Shown piece by piece: positions 13,366-25,811 of a stretch of DNA of 64,000 bases. The notes beneath the pieces are model-generated. The model had not been told where the DNA came from. It made no database searches and was given only the letters and a program-made list of their open reading frames with translations. Source of the stretch: Chiloscyllium plagiosum (lineage: Eukaryota); contig NC_057719.1 of assembly GCF_004010195.1 (NCBI RefSeq), positions 82,755,060-82,819,059 on the forward strand, written 5' to 3'. The translations under genes were made by a program, and so were the position numbers. How positions within the stretch are numbered: the first letter of the stretch is position 1; every line of letters starts with the position of its first letter.

Positions 13366-13639
13366 CAAGATGAAAGCATCATGTCCTGAACAGCTCTTCA
13401 ACTGAGTGGCCTTGCTAGGTCACTCCGAGAGGGCAGCTGAGAATCAAAAACATTACTGTGGATCTGAAATTATGTGTAGACCAGGCCGGGTAAGACCATA
13501 AGACATAGGAGCAGAAATTAGGCCATTTGGCCCATTGGGTCTGCTACACCATTCAATCATGGCTGATAAGGTTTCTATTTGATTTTCACGCTTTCTCCCC
13601 ATAATCCCCTTGATCCTCAAGAACCTGACCCTCCCAGCC

Positions 13640-13772
13640 TCCTTCCTGATGAAGGGCTCCTGCCCGAAATGTCAATTCTCCTGCTCCTTGGATGCTGACT
13701 GACCTGCTGTGCTTTTCCAGCACCACTCTAATCTTGACTCTAAATCTGCAGCATCTGCAATCCTCACTTTCA
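13640..13772 (+). mobile_element. Penelope pLTR fragment with degenerate hammerhead core
   Basis: ctgatgaagggctcctgcccgaaatgtc followed by the same tail as 44581-44706. Confidence 0.75.
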
Positions 13773-14068
13773 CAAGTGAGCCTTGATTTCATGGAATGGC
13801 GGAGCAGACTCAATTGGCTGAATGGCCTACTTCTGTTCCGACGTCATCTGGTCTGAGGGGTAAGAGACAAGGAGGGTGAAGGGACAAGTTGGGATTTGGC
13901 GATAAGGGCAGCAATCTCAACCTTTTTGCCTGGGGGTTCAGCGGTAGCATAATCAGCAAAGACATAGGAAAGGGTGACTATCACTGCTAGCTCGGATTGT
14001 CTGCACTCAGTTATTCATCGATCCTATGGTACAGCCTAGATATTCTTGTGTTGCATTGTGTCTGTCAG

Positions 14069-14160
14069 GGTCCATGATCTCCAGCTACTGAGAGAGCTCC
14101 TTCAAGTGGAGGCCCATGATTCAGAGATCCTGTGTCTCGAATACTCCAAACCAGAGACTG
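14069..14160 (+). CDS. MAPKBP1: MAPKBP1 exon (WD40): [30 protein letters not shown](G)
   Basis: gtcag|G...G|gtaag; 92 nt, phase 2->1; not in the ORF track. Confidence 0.93.
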
Positions 14161-14699
14161 GTAAGAACACATTTAAAACCATTGCTCACCACAGTGTGAT
14201 TGTCCAATTGCTGCCGTGTTAATACTGTTTTAACCACGTGCACTTATTTTGTTAAAAACCATTGTTTGCGCCCTTTTAAAAGGGAGCACTTTAATGAAAT
14301 TGTTTGGGATTTTTATTTTTGGTTGATGAGACTGGACCAATTCTGACTCATTCTAATTCACATACATTCACGCAGTACTGGGTAATGTAGTGTGTATGTG
14401 TGTGTGTGTGTATGAAGAACACACTTAGATTTCAATCACACTGTTACCAACAAACATGACAGGTTCATCAGCATTAACCATGTGAATGTGAGGCGCCATG
14501 GCTGGTATTTACAATTCCTGTTCACTAATCAGGTATACTGTTAGTCAGATCTGAATGGCATAGTATCGCTTCTGGCTACTATGTTGGACAGCTCTGATCT
14601 GTATCACCAAAACCGATATCTGAGTTACTTGGACAGACCCTGTGACTCATTCACGATGAAGAGGTAGATCCTAGGATCAATATTCAGGTTGACATCAGC

Positions 14700-15155
14700 T
14701 AGAGTCATAGAGATGTAAAGTGCGGAAACAGACCCTTTGGTCCAATTCATCCATACTGACCAGATATCCTAAATTAATCTAGTCCCATTTACCAGCACTT
14801 GGCCCATATCCTTCTAAACCCTTCAAATTCATATACCTATCCAGATGCCTTTTAAATATTGTAATTGTACCAGCCCCTCACTCCAGACACGCACCACCCT
14901 CTGCATTAAAAGGTTTCCCATTAGATCCCTTTTAAATCTTTTCCCCTCTGACCTTAAACCTATGCCCTCTAGTTTTAGACTCTCCTACCTTGGGGAAAAG
15001 ACATTGCCTATTTACTGTATCCATGCTCCTCATGCTTTTATAAACCTCTACAAGGTCACCCCTCAACCTCCAATGCTCCAGGGAGAACAGCCCCAGCCTT
15101 TTCAACCTCTCCCTATAGCTCCAACCCTCCAACCCCAGCAACATCCTAGTAAATC
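14700..15155 (-). mobile_element. CR1 LINE 3' end
   Basis: RLGLFSLEHWRLRGDLVEVYK on - strand; agagtcatagag tail. Confidence 0.85.
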
Positions 15156-16140
15156 TGCAGGAATGGATCCATTGGTCCAGATATTCAAGGAGCGGCGAAC
15201 ACAGACAGGTTGTCAGTCCATTCCTAGATTTCTCCGGATTGCCATTGGTCATCATTTCCAACTTGGAATTCCAATCCCTGTTCCTTTAGAAATATGGAGC
15301 ACTCCTGCAATCAAACAGCTCCCGCTTCCCTAGTGCAGGACTGTTGAGGGAAATCAACGCAGTGCCCCTTTCTGCAGCAGTGACTTGTTGTGTTCAGAGA
15401 TTTAAGATTTATTTTGAGATCTCTTGCATCTAGGCACTTTGTCAGTGGGGCTGTTGAAGTTGTTGAGGTAAGGGGTTAGGATGAAGGTTGGTGAAGGGTT
15501 AGGATGGGCAGGGTACCCAGGAAGCCATGGACTGGTTTAGCCAGTTCAGGGTTCATAGAGGGATGGGTCATTGGGTCGAGCAGGATAGTGGGTGCTGTTC
15601 TAGCAGCAGGAGTGGGAGGTTTTTAGGTCCAGTTTTTGGGCAGGGCCAGGGGAAAAGAGGTGGGGATGGTCCTTCATGGGCAAGATGTAGAACTGTGGGT
15701 CTGTAAGAGGATAGTGTTGAGTCTAAACTGTGGATGATGGACTGCCAACATGGTGCCGGTTGGTGCATAGTGAGGGGAGTGTGTTGTCTGGTTCTGGGAC
15801 GGGCAGGGGAGGGGGGACATTGTGTTGGATTGGCAAGATGCAGGCAAGTGGAAAGTGGCAGTTTGGGGTGTAAGGGGAGGCTTGGTTGGTTGGAGGAGAG
15901 TCGAGATGGGGGTGGGGGGAGTTGGCTTAATGGTGAGTTAACAGTTAGAGCGCCTTTATAACCCTCTAACCTCTCCTGGGTCACTATTAACTGAACTGAA
16001 GTGCTGCAAAAAATAATGGCTGTTTCAGTCATGACAGGCTTGTGCTCCCACTCTGTTAACTTCTGGCAAAGTTCCATGTCAAGACAACAGCCCTGCAAGT
16101 TGCACCTCGAAGAACACAGTTTCACAATATAAGTTGCAAT

Positions 16141-16227
16141 GGATACAGATTTGAGGCCTGGGGTTAGATGGATACAGATTTGAGGCCTGGGGTTAGATGG
16201 ATACAGATTTGAGGCCTGGGGTTAGAT
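16141..16227. repeat. Perfect 29-bp tandem triplication (ggatacagatttgaggcctggggttagat)
   Basis: Three identical units. Confidence 0.9.
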
Positions 16228-16499
16228 GGCTGCCTTGCAGTCCATGACCTGGGTTCTCTACAATCCCTGTATATGTTACATATGACTGTGACATCAAACA
16301 GCTGCCCCATACATTTGAGCTCATCCATGCCCTGCTGCCCCTTTCATCCAGCATACCATGCCCTGCTCACCCACTGCCCCTCAGCTTGCCAATATACATC
16401 GCTTCCTGATCAGGGTCAGCATTAAGCTTTATATTCTGATGTTCAAGTCCCTCTGTGGTTTTGGCCCTCCCTATGTCTGTAACCGCTCTACAACACTTT

Positions 16500-16770
16500 G
16501 AGATTAGATTAGATTCCCTACACTGTGGAAACAGGCCCTTCGGCCCAACCAGTCCACACCGACCCACCAAAGAGTAACCCACCCAGACCCATTTCCCTCT
16601 GACTAGTGCACCTAACATTATGGGCAATTTAGCATGGCCAATTCACCCAACCTGCATATCTTTGGAGTGTGGGAGGAAACCGGAGTACCCAGAGGAAACA
16701 CCACACAGACAGTTGCCTGGGACCCTGGTGCTGTGAGGCAGCAGTGCTAACCACTGAGCCACCGTGCTCC
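16500..16770 (-). mobile_element. HE1-type SINE
   Basis: tRNA-like head plus (AATCT)n tail on - strand. Confidence 0.82.
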
Positions 16771-17026
16771 TCCAGTTCAGGCCTGTGGTGTATTCCTGAC
16801 ACCACTATTGACCATGTCTTCAGAAGCCTAAGCACTTAGTTTTTAATTCCATAAACATCTCCACCTTTGGCTCTCTCTCTCATTTATGGCAGAACTCAAA
16901 ACCTACTTCTTTGGCGAAGATTTTGATCACCTATCTAATATTTCAATGTGACTTGGTCTCAGACTTAGTGCAGTAATAGACAATAGACAATAAACAATGG
17001 GTGCAGGAGTAGGCCATTCAGCCCTT

Positions 17027-17526
17027 NNNNNNNNNNNNNNNNNNNNNNNNNNNNNNNNNNNNNNNNNNNNNNNNNNNNNNNNNNNNNNNNNNNNNNNNNN
17101 NNNNNNNNNNNNNNNNNNNNNNNNNNNNNNNNNNNNNNNNNNNNNNNNNNNNNNNNNNNNNNNNNNNNNNNNNNNNNNNNNNNNNNNNNNNNNNNNNNNN
17201 NNNNNNNNNNNNNNNNNNNNNNNNNNNNNNNNNNNNNNNNNNNNNNNNNNNNNNNNNNNNNNNNNNNNNNNNNNNNNNNNNNNNNNNNNNNNNNNNNNNN
17301 NNNNNNNNNNNNNNNNNNNNNNNNNNNNNNNNNNNNNNNNNNNNNNNNNNNNNNNNNNNNNNNNNNNNNNNNNNNNNNNNNNNNNNNNNNNNNNNNNNNN
17401 NNNNNNNNNNNNNNNNNNNNNNNNNNNNNNNNNNNNNNNNNNNNNNNNNNNNNNNNNNNNNNNNNNNNNNNNNNNNNNNNNNNNNNNNNNNNNNNNNNNN
17501 NNNNNNNNNNNNNNNNNNNNNNNNNN
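17027..17526. other. Assembly gap (500 N); other gaps at 1475-2019 (545 N) and 43003-43502 (500 N)
   Basis: N runs; a round 500 suggests a placeholder of unknown size. Confidence 0.97.
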
Positions 17527-17609
17527 GATATGCCCCGCACCCCTCACTGTAACACTGATATGCCCCACATAATTTTGCTTTGTCTGTTATAATTTATGAG
17601 TCAAATACT

Positions 17610-17840
17610 GTGGCACAGGAAAAGCACAGCAGGTCAGGCATCATCCGAGGAGCAGGAGAGTCAATGTTTCGGGTATAAGCTCTTCATCAGGAATGTTCAT
17701 CCCATTCCTGATGCAGGGCTTATGCCTGAAATGTCAACTCTCCTGCTCCTCGGATGCTGCCTGACCTGCTGTGCTTTTCCTGTGCCACTCCTTCTGACTC
17801 CGATCTCCAGCACCTACAGCCCCCACATTTTCCTCTCACT
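17610..17840. mobile_element. Penelope pLTR head-to-head inverted dimer
   Basis: About 85-bp inverted arms spanning 17610-17788, centred on tcatcaggaatg...cattcctgatg. Confidence 0.8.
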
Positions 17841-17994
17841 GATGAGTGTCTGACACAGACAGACAAGTGTGTGACTGATGCCAGTGTGAATTGGTGTCTG
17901 TTTGTTCTCCTGTGGGTATGCTGGTGGAATGTATGTGCACAGTGGCCGGATTTTTACCAGGCATGGATATGCCCTCTCTCTTTATCCTTTGCAG

Positions 17995-18070
17995 GATATT
18001 TAACATCAGCAATGGGAAACAGAAGAAACTGTATAAAGGATCTCAGGGGGAAGATGGGACCCTTATCAAG
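17995..18070 (+). CDS. MAPKBP1: MAPKBP1 exon: [25 protein letters not shown]
   Basis: tgcag|G...AAG|gtgag; 76 nt, phase 2->0. Confidence 0.93.
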
Positions 18071-18863
18071 GTGAGTGCCTGTGTAACTGCCAGCTTCCAG
18101 ACTCTGAGCTGAAGGGCTATTCAGCTGAAATGTAGCACAGAGTATCCCGGATTTCCCTTACAGTTCATTCTGGGGCTTGCCCAGAGCTGGAAGGATTAAG
18201 CCCCTTGCCTGTGGGCGCAGTGTCCCCCTCCCTCTTCGTGAGCAAGACGAAGGCTGAGCTGCCCCCTCAGACTCAGGAGAGCTCAGCTCCTGCCTTCCGT
18301 GGGGGAGTGCAGCTTGCAGTCTATGAAACCCGATTACTCCAGTAAAGATGTGACTCCCTCACATCATCATGCAGGGTTAACTCTCACAGCAGCCCACATG
18401 TTGACCTCCGCCTCTCGGTGCTCCCAGCCCAGAGGTGCAGTGAGGGAGTGAGGTAATGAGAAGGAGTTAGATGTGCAGCTGCTGAGGGTGCAAAGGGAGC
18501 AGAGTGCGTGGCGAGAGGAGTGAGAGTTGGTGACTGAATGTCAGGGGAGTGAGTGTCAGTGTGGGGTGAGAGTTTGTAGGGTGTTGAGTGAGGGTAATAG
18601 GTGTGAGGAGAGTGAGTACTGCCCCGCACTCTCTCTCACTCTCTCTCTCTCTGTGCAGACATTCCAACCCTCTCTCTGCATAGTGAGTCACACTCCCTCT
18701 GTATAGTGATGGACTGACACTCCCTCGATGTAATGACTGACCAATGCTGTCTGCTCCCTGACCAACACTTGCTGTTAGTGTAATGGCTGACTGGTGACCT
18801 TTCACCCCTGTGTTCCAGGCCACGAAGGGAGGGTTAATTGTGTGTCTTTTGCCTTTGCTGCAG

Positions 18864-18975
18864 GTACAAATCGATCCCTCCGGCCTCTTCATTGCAACCA
18901 GCTGCTCTGATAAGAACCTCTCCATCTTTGACTTCTACACGGGCGAGTGTGTTGCCACAATGTTTGGCCATTCTG
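18864..18975 (+). CDS. MAPKBP1: MAPKBP1 exon (WD40): [37 protein letters not shown]
   Basis: tgcag|GTA...G|gtaag; 112 nt, phase 0->1. Confidence 0.95.
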
Positions 18976-19616
18976 GTAAGCTGGCAGCTCAGATACGCAT
19001 TGCCAGGTGCTGACTTACCTTTCACTGTCCTCCTTAGGTGCAGGATTCTTCTAAAATGGTTGGCGACTCTCTCCTGTACCAAGAGTTTTCACAGCTCATG
19101 CTCCATTGCCAAACTTCCCTAAATTGTCCTCATTCATCCAAAGCTCAGGATTGAAACATAAATTAGATAGCGTAGCCCCTTATATCCACTAAATTAACAT
19201 CTCACTTCTCTGGAGTGCTTCAAAAAAAAAGAGTGCCTGTTTCAGTGTCTGTTTGTGGATGTGCATATCTGTTTGTCTGTGTACATGTGGCAGTGTGTGT
19301 GTATCTTCATGAGAGAGTGTGTGTGTTTGTCCACGTGTGTGTATGTGAATCTGTGTAGCAATGTGCATGTCTGCATGAGAGAGTGGTACATAGACGCATA
19401 CACACACACTCTCTCTCTCTCTCATGCAGACACGCACTTTACTACATAGATTCACATACATAAATGGACAAGCACACACACACATTGCCACATACAGGCA
19501 CAGGCAACATTGTTACACAGATTCACATACAGATACATGGACAAATGTGTGTGCCTGCATGAGAGAGAGAGCGTATGTGTGTGAATGTATCTGTATGTAG
19601 CAATGTGTGTGTAGGT

Positions 19617-19806
19617 AAAAACAAGGAGTGCAGATGCTGGAAACCAGATTCTAGATTAGCGTGGTGCTGGAAAAGCACAGCAGTTCAGGCAGCATCCGAG
19701 GAGCAGGAAAATTGACGTTTCGGGCAAAAGCCCTTCATCAGGAATAGAGGCTAAAAAATGGACCACGCTTTTCCAGCACCACGCTTTTCCAGCACCACGC
19801 TAATCT
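19617..19806 (-). mobile_element. Penelope pLTR element with 17-bp TSD and intact hammerhead core
   Basis: TSD gcaatgtgtgtgtaggt at 19600-19616 and 19807-19823; short inverted or duplicated arm at 19767-19806. Confidence 0.82.
19714..19741 (-). ncRNA. Putative minimal type I hammerhead ribozyme (CUGAUGA-AGGGC-UUUU-GCCC-GAAACGUC)
   Basis: Complete catalytic-core consensus, 4-bp stem II, palindromic ACGU helix III, GUC triplet; stem I is weak. Confidence 0.6.
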
Positions 19807-20295
19807 GCAATGTGTGTGTAGGTGTATCTGTCTCTACATTACTGTGTGTGTGTCTGTGTGTGTGTCTGTGTGTGAGAGAGAGAGACCCAGGGAACATTAC
19901 GTTATTAAACTAATTAACCAGGCTTGCTGTGCACTGAATGTCCCATCAAGCTTGCTCCCTCCTACACGAGTGACCCGACCTTTGTAGACGACAGTGAAAG
20001 GTGTCTTGCACAGCTCTAATGAATCAGTCTGGGATGATCTCCTGTTTCATTGCACAGGGCTGATCCAAAACATCTGGCAGTGTTCTGCCCTTTGCTGCAA
20101 GTCTTGAGAAGGAGGCTGACTGTTCCTATCCAAGGCTGTCAGCCCCACTATTTCCTGAGTGATGCTGCCTTGTTCAGGCCTACATTGTCACCATCTGAAG
20201 GCAGGAACTGGGTACGACAGCCGTTTGGATACGGGCCCCTCGATAGTGCAACGTCGTTCCCAGTTCATCTTAGTCCTTCAGTATCCTGCATCCCA

Positions 20296-21692
20296 GGGTA
20301 CTGAAGGAGGTGGCTCGGGAAATCGTGGATTCGTTGGTGATTATTTTCCAGAGTTCAATAGATTCGGGGTCCTGGCCCTTGCCTTTTCTCCCTACTTCAA
20401 GGCGTGCTGGCCAGCCACATTTTCTTTCTTGCTCTTTCTCTTTATCCCCTTTGGCTTTTTTTTCTCTTTTCTCTTTGCTCTTCCTCCTCCGTGCGTGCTT
20501 CCCTCCCTCCGTCCCTCCAGCTGCCTTTCAGCCAGCCCTTGGCCGCCAGGCTCCTGTAGTCTCCCACATCCCCACACAGGCCAACTGCAAGCCCTCCCCC
20601 TGCTTCATAGGGCCGCAGCCTGCATTCTCTCATCCTTCCACACTCCTCCACCCCTCCATTTCGGAATGCCGGGCACTGACCAGTGGGGTACCGCACGGAT
20701 CAGTACTGGGACCGCAGCTTTTTACAATCTATCTTCAGGATATACAAGATGGTATTAGCAATAACATTCGCAAATTTCATCAGCTGGGTGGCAGGGTGAA
20801 ATGTGATGAGGATGTTAGGAGATTACAGGGTGACCTGGACAAGTTAGGTGAGTGCTCAGATGCATGGCAGATGCACTTTCACGTGGATAAATGGATCCTT
20901 ATCCACTTTGGTGGCAAGAACAGGAAGGCAGATTACCACCTAAGTGGAATCAATTTAGGTAAAGGGGCAGTACAGAGAGATCTGGGGGTTCTTGTACACC
21001 ACTCAATGAAGGTAAGCATGCAGGTACAGCAGGTAGTGAAGAAGGCTAATAGCATGCTGGCCTTCATAACAAGAGGGATTGAGTATAGAAGCAAAGAGGT
21101 CCTTCTGCAGCTGTACAGGGCCCTGGTGAGACCACACCTGGAGTATTGTGTGCAGTTCAGGTCTCTAAATTTGAGGAAAGACATTCTGGCTATTGAGGGA
21201 GTGCTGCGTAGGTTCACGAGGTCAATTCCTGGAATGGCGGGATTACCTTACACTGGAAGACTGAAGCGACTGGGCTTGTATACCCTTGAGTTTCGAAGAT
21301 TGAGAGGGGATCTGATTGAGACGTATAAGATTATTAAAGGATTGGACATTCTGGAGGCAGGAAACATGTTTCCGCTGATGGGTGAGTACCGAACCTGAGG
21401 ACACAGCTTAAAAATACGGGGTAGACCATTTAGGACAGAGCTCAGGAGGAACTTCTTCACCCAGAGAGTGGTGGCTGTGTGGAATGCTCTGCCCCAGAGG
21501 GCAGTGGAGGCCCAGTCTCTGGATTCATTTAAGAAAGAGTTGGATAGAGCTCTCAAAGATAGTGGAATCAAGGGTTATGGAGATAAGGCAGGAACAGAAT
21601 ACTGATTAAGGATGATCAGCCATGATTATATTGAATGGCGGTGCAGGCTCGAAGGGCTGAATGGCCTACCCCTGCACCTATTGTCTATTGTC
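20296..21692 (+). mobile_element. CR1 LINE RT fragment
   Basis: TSGVPHGSVLGPQLFTIY...LYRALVRPHLEYCVQF...RRLRGDLIETYK; (CTATTGT)n tail. Confidence 0.9.
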
Positions 21693-22330
21693 TAGTTCCA
21701 TGAGATATTGGACAGCAGTATTGGATGTTAGCTAGACCACTGTGTGTGAAACCTGCCCATTCCACCCATTCTGCCCAGTAAATGCCCAGAAATCTCCAGC
21801 TCATTAAAATGTGCCCAGGCTCAAAATGGAAAGAAATCAGGAGCCTCGGAAACGTCCAACCTACAACCTTCACTCATGCATATTCTACACTGTCTGTGTC
21901 CGAAGTTGTGACTACTGGGGAAGCTTTTCATTCTTAACTTGATTTCTACGACTTAAGAGAGGCGAAGGACCCAGGGCAGGGTTGCTTTGTGCGATGGAAG
22001 CAGCGTCTTTGAATGGAGAAAGGTAGATTCTTGCAAAGCAAAAGGGGTCGGAAGGTTTTGGGGGTCAGTGAGAACGTGGATTAGTCAGATCAGGTCTTAT
22101 TGAATGGTGGAGCAGCTTCGAGGGGGCAAATGGCCTCCTCCTGTTCCTAATTGGCCTGTATGTTTGTGTAGCTGGATAGGGCAGTAAGTGTACCTGTTTG
22201 GTCAGAGGAGCAGGAGACCCAGGAGTGAGTCCACGGCCGAGAATTGAGAAGTAAATAATGGGCCAAGACAGCTCGGCAAGAGCCCTCGCAGCAGAAAATA
22301 TATTGATTCGACTTCCAATCGATAGTATAC

Positions 22331-22645
22331 TCAAGATTAGAGTAGTGCTGGAAAAGCACAGCAGGTCAGGCAGCATCCGAGGAGCAGGAAAATCGAAATT
22401 TGCCCCAAATTTTCCTGCTCCTCGGATGCTGCCTGACTTGTTGTACTTGTCCAGCACGACTCTAATCGTGACTCTTCTATTGATTAGTCTGTCAAATCAA
22501 TCATCAGGAATGATTCCTGATGAAGGGCTTTTGCCTGAAACGTCGATTTTCCTGCTCCTCGGATGCTGCCTGACCTGCTGTGCTTTTCCAGCACCACTCT
22601 AACCTTGACTCTAATCTCCAGCACCTGCAGTCCTCCCTTTCACCC
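22331..22645. mobile_element. Three-arm Penelope pLTR inverted-repeat element; hammerhead core at 22517-22544 (+)
   Basis: Inverted pair 22331-22471, then tcatcaggaat/attcctgatga palindrome and a full pLTR tail. Confidence 0.8.
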
Positions 22646-22904
22646 AATCAATGGAAGAGCAGTGTGTGTGTGTCAACTCACTCTCTCTCTCTCTCTCTCT
22701 CTCTCAATACATTGACAGAATGTGGTAAGGCCCAGCCCGTTCAGCCAATGACCAAACTATCATAATTGACAGCTGTCTGTCGGGGGAAAGGTACCGAAAG
22801 AACAGCAGCGTTGTCCAATTCCGGTATTCAAGCTCTTGAGCTGAGCCAATCACAATGATTCAATAATCCCAACCTAAAAAAGGAAATTGGCTGAGCACTC
22901 CAAG

Positions 22905-23972
22905 GGAGAAATTTGCAGGCCAACTCTCCCAAACTTGATTGAGTTTTTTGAAGAGGTAACAAAGGGGATTGATGAGGACAGAGCGGTGGACGTGATCTAT
23001 ATGGACTTCAGTAAGGCGTTCTACAAGGTTTCCCATGGGAGACTGATTAGCAAGGTTAGATCCCATGGAATACAGGGAGAACTAGCCATTTGGATACAGA
23101 GCTGGATCAAAGGTAGAAGGCAGAGGGTGGTGGTGGAGGTTATTTTTCAGACTGGAGGCCTGTGACCAGTGGAGTGCCACAAGGATCGGTGATGGGTCCA
23201 CTGCTTTTCATCATTTATATTAATGATTTGGATGTGCGCTTAACAGGTATAGTTAGTAAGTTTGCAGATGACACCAAAATTGGAGGTGTAGTGGATGGCG
23301 AAGAAGGTTACTTCAGATTACAACAGGATCTTGATCAGATGGGCCAATGGGCTGAGGAATGGCAGATGGAGTACAGGAGTTGGGAGGTCATGTTGCGGCT
23401 GTACAGGACATTGGTTAGGCCACTGTTGGAATATTGCGTGCAATTCTGGTCTCCTTCCTATTGGAAAGATGTTGTGAAACTTGAAAGGGTTCAGAACAGA
23501 TTTACAAGGATGTTGCCAGGGTTGGAGGATTTGAGCTATAGGGAGAGGCTGAACAGGCTGGGGCTGTTTTCCCTGGAGCATCGGAGGCTGAGGGGTGACC
23601 TTATAGAAGTTTATAAAATCATGAGGACCATGGATAGGGTAAATAGACAAGTTCTTTTTCCCTGGGATGGGGGAGTCCAGAACTAGAGGGCATAGGTTTA
23701 GGGTGAGAGGGGAAATATATAAAAGAGACCTAGAGGGCAACTTTTTCACACAGAGGCTGGTATGTGTATGGAGTGGGCAGCCAGAGGAAGTGGTGGAGGC
23801 TGCTACAATTGCAACATTTAAAATACATCTGGATGGGTATATGAATAGGAAGGGTTTAGAGGGATATGGGCCGGGTGCTGGCAGGTGGGACTAGATTGGG
23901 TTGGGATATCTGGTCGGCATGGGCGGGTTGGACCGAAGGGTCTGTTTCCATGCTGTACATCTCTATGACTGT
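22905..23972 (+). mobile_element. CR1 LINE RT fragment
   Basis: DVIYMDFSKAF, TSGVPQGSVMGPLLFIIYIND..KFADDTK. Confidence 0.9.
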
Positions 23973-24669
23973 GACCCTAAGTGGATGGAGCAGAGGGTCG
24001 AGAATACTGGATATTATGACAATGGGCTTAGTAACCTCTTTCTAAAGCTGTGCCACTCTGTGACTGTATTGTGTGATTTTGTGTTGGAACAACCATGTTA
24101 TTTTGAATTACTCCAGCTGGATTTCAATTCCATACGTGTTATATTTAGTAATGGAATGATAGGCTGGGAATGTTCACCTTGGTATTGCAAACCACTGTCT
24201 CCACTCCTTTGGGGATGATTTGAATTTGAGTCCTTTTTGATTGCTTTTGAGGATTTCTTAAATTTGATTTGTTCTTTTGATAAATTCTTTGTAGTTTCTC
24301 ATTGAATATTTGTTTCCCCTTCCTTTGTCCAGTTTGATTCTGTCCAGAATCTCTAATTCACTATTGTCCGTGAACATTTGGTCTTAACTATCCTTACCCG
24401 GTGTGGTCTACATGTGACTCCAGACTCACAGTGATGTGGTTGACTCTTAAATGCCCTCTGGGCAATAAATGTTTTGTAGCCAGCAATGCTCCAAATCCCA
24501 AGCCTCAATAAAAGAATAAAAAGAGAATTAAAGTTCTAAAGTATGGGAAAGATATTTAGACACTGCACGTTCCACATTTTTAATTCCTCCAGTTTAATTA
24601 ATAGAGGCTACTTGATGGACTGAATCGATCTGGATGTTTATTCATCCAATGCAGTTAGTTACAAGCCAG

Positions 24670-24943
24670 TATTGATTCGATTCCCAACAAGTCCACACCA
24701 AATCTCCGAAGAGTAACCTACCCAGACCTATTCTCCTACCCTATATTTACCCCAGACTACACATCCCTGAACACTATGGGCAATCTAGCATGGCCAATTC
24801 ACCTAACCAGCCCATTTTTGGACTGTGGGAGGAAACCAGAGCATCCAGAGGAAACCCACACAGACACAGGGAGAATGTGCAAACTCCACACAGACAGTTG
24901 CCCGAGGTTGGAATCGAACCCAGGCCCCTGGCGCTGTGAGGCA
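24670..24943 (-). mobile_element. HE1-type SINE
   Basis: Same consensus on - strand. Confidence 0.8.
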
Positions 24944-25194
24944 AAGTAGTTGAAGGGGCACCCGGAAATGAACCAGGGACCATGAAGGACTTCATTAATC
25001 CTCCCTGATTACGGTGATCCTCCCAAACCAGTGTTGGTCAGGGTACACCTCTCTCATCTCCACCGCTCAGCAATGATCTCAGTCAACCGGTTTCGGTCAG
25101 TACAATAAGCTTCAATCCGAGTGATGATCTCGAGTTTGTCTCATTCATTAACCCATGCCGAAGATTTCCACGATGATCCTGTTCTCTTTTTCAG

Positions 25195-25258
25195 AGGTGG
25201 TGACAGGAATGAAATTCACCAACGACTGTAAACATCTCATCTCTGTGTCGGGAGACAG
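25195..25258 (+). CDS. MAPKBP1: MAPKBP1 exon (WD40): [22 protein letters not shown]
   Basis: ttcag|AG...AG|gtagg; 64 nt, phase 1->2. Confidence 0.93.
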
Positions 25259-25811
25259 GTAGGTGCTTTCTCACTGGGGTGGGGGTTGGGGGGGGGGGGG
25301 GAGGGTAGTGTTGGCAAACTGGAGGACAGTGTTCGGGCTCTGAAGCTGTCGAAGCCCGTGTTAGGTCCTGAAGGCTGTGAAGTGCCTAAAGGGAAAATGA
25401 GGTGCTGCCACAGGCCAAGGACCAGAAGGTTATGACAGCAAGGTGGTGAACTAAAATGGCAAGCAAGTGTAAGGTCAGGGTCATTCTTACAGACAGAGTG
25501 GAGACTGTAATCTTGCCAATGTAAAAGAAACTGAATAGTGACTAACGAATACAGTAGCCTTAATCCCTTCCACAACCTACTCTTCCACTATCCTATTGGT
25601 AAGGATTTGCTCTCAGAGAAGCTGATCTGTTTTCCATTATACACATCCACCATTAACACAATGAGAACTCCTCTTGTCTTCTGCTCTGGGCACCTTCTCT
25701 GTCTGTTCACTTGCTTCTCCTCCATCTTTGTCAGTAGCATGAAAGAATACAATCTAACATAAACAAAATACAATCTTCCAGCCCATTGGGTGGTGGTTCT
25801 GGGGCTCTCTG

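Noticed and set aside
15150..16140. ORFs 15568-16125 and 15734-15961 as the missing MAPKBP1 exons or a nested gene
   Set aside because: No WD40 similarity, low-complexity G-rich sequence, and no supporting splice structure.
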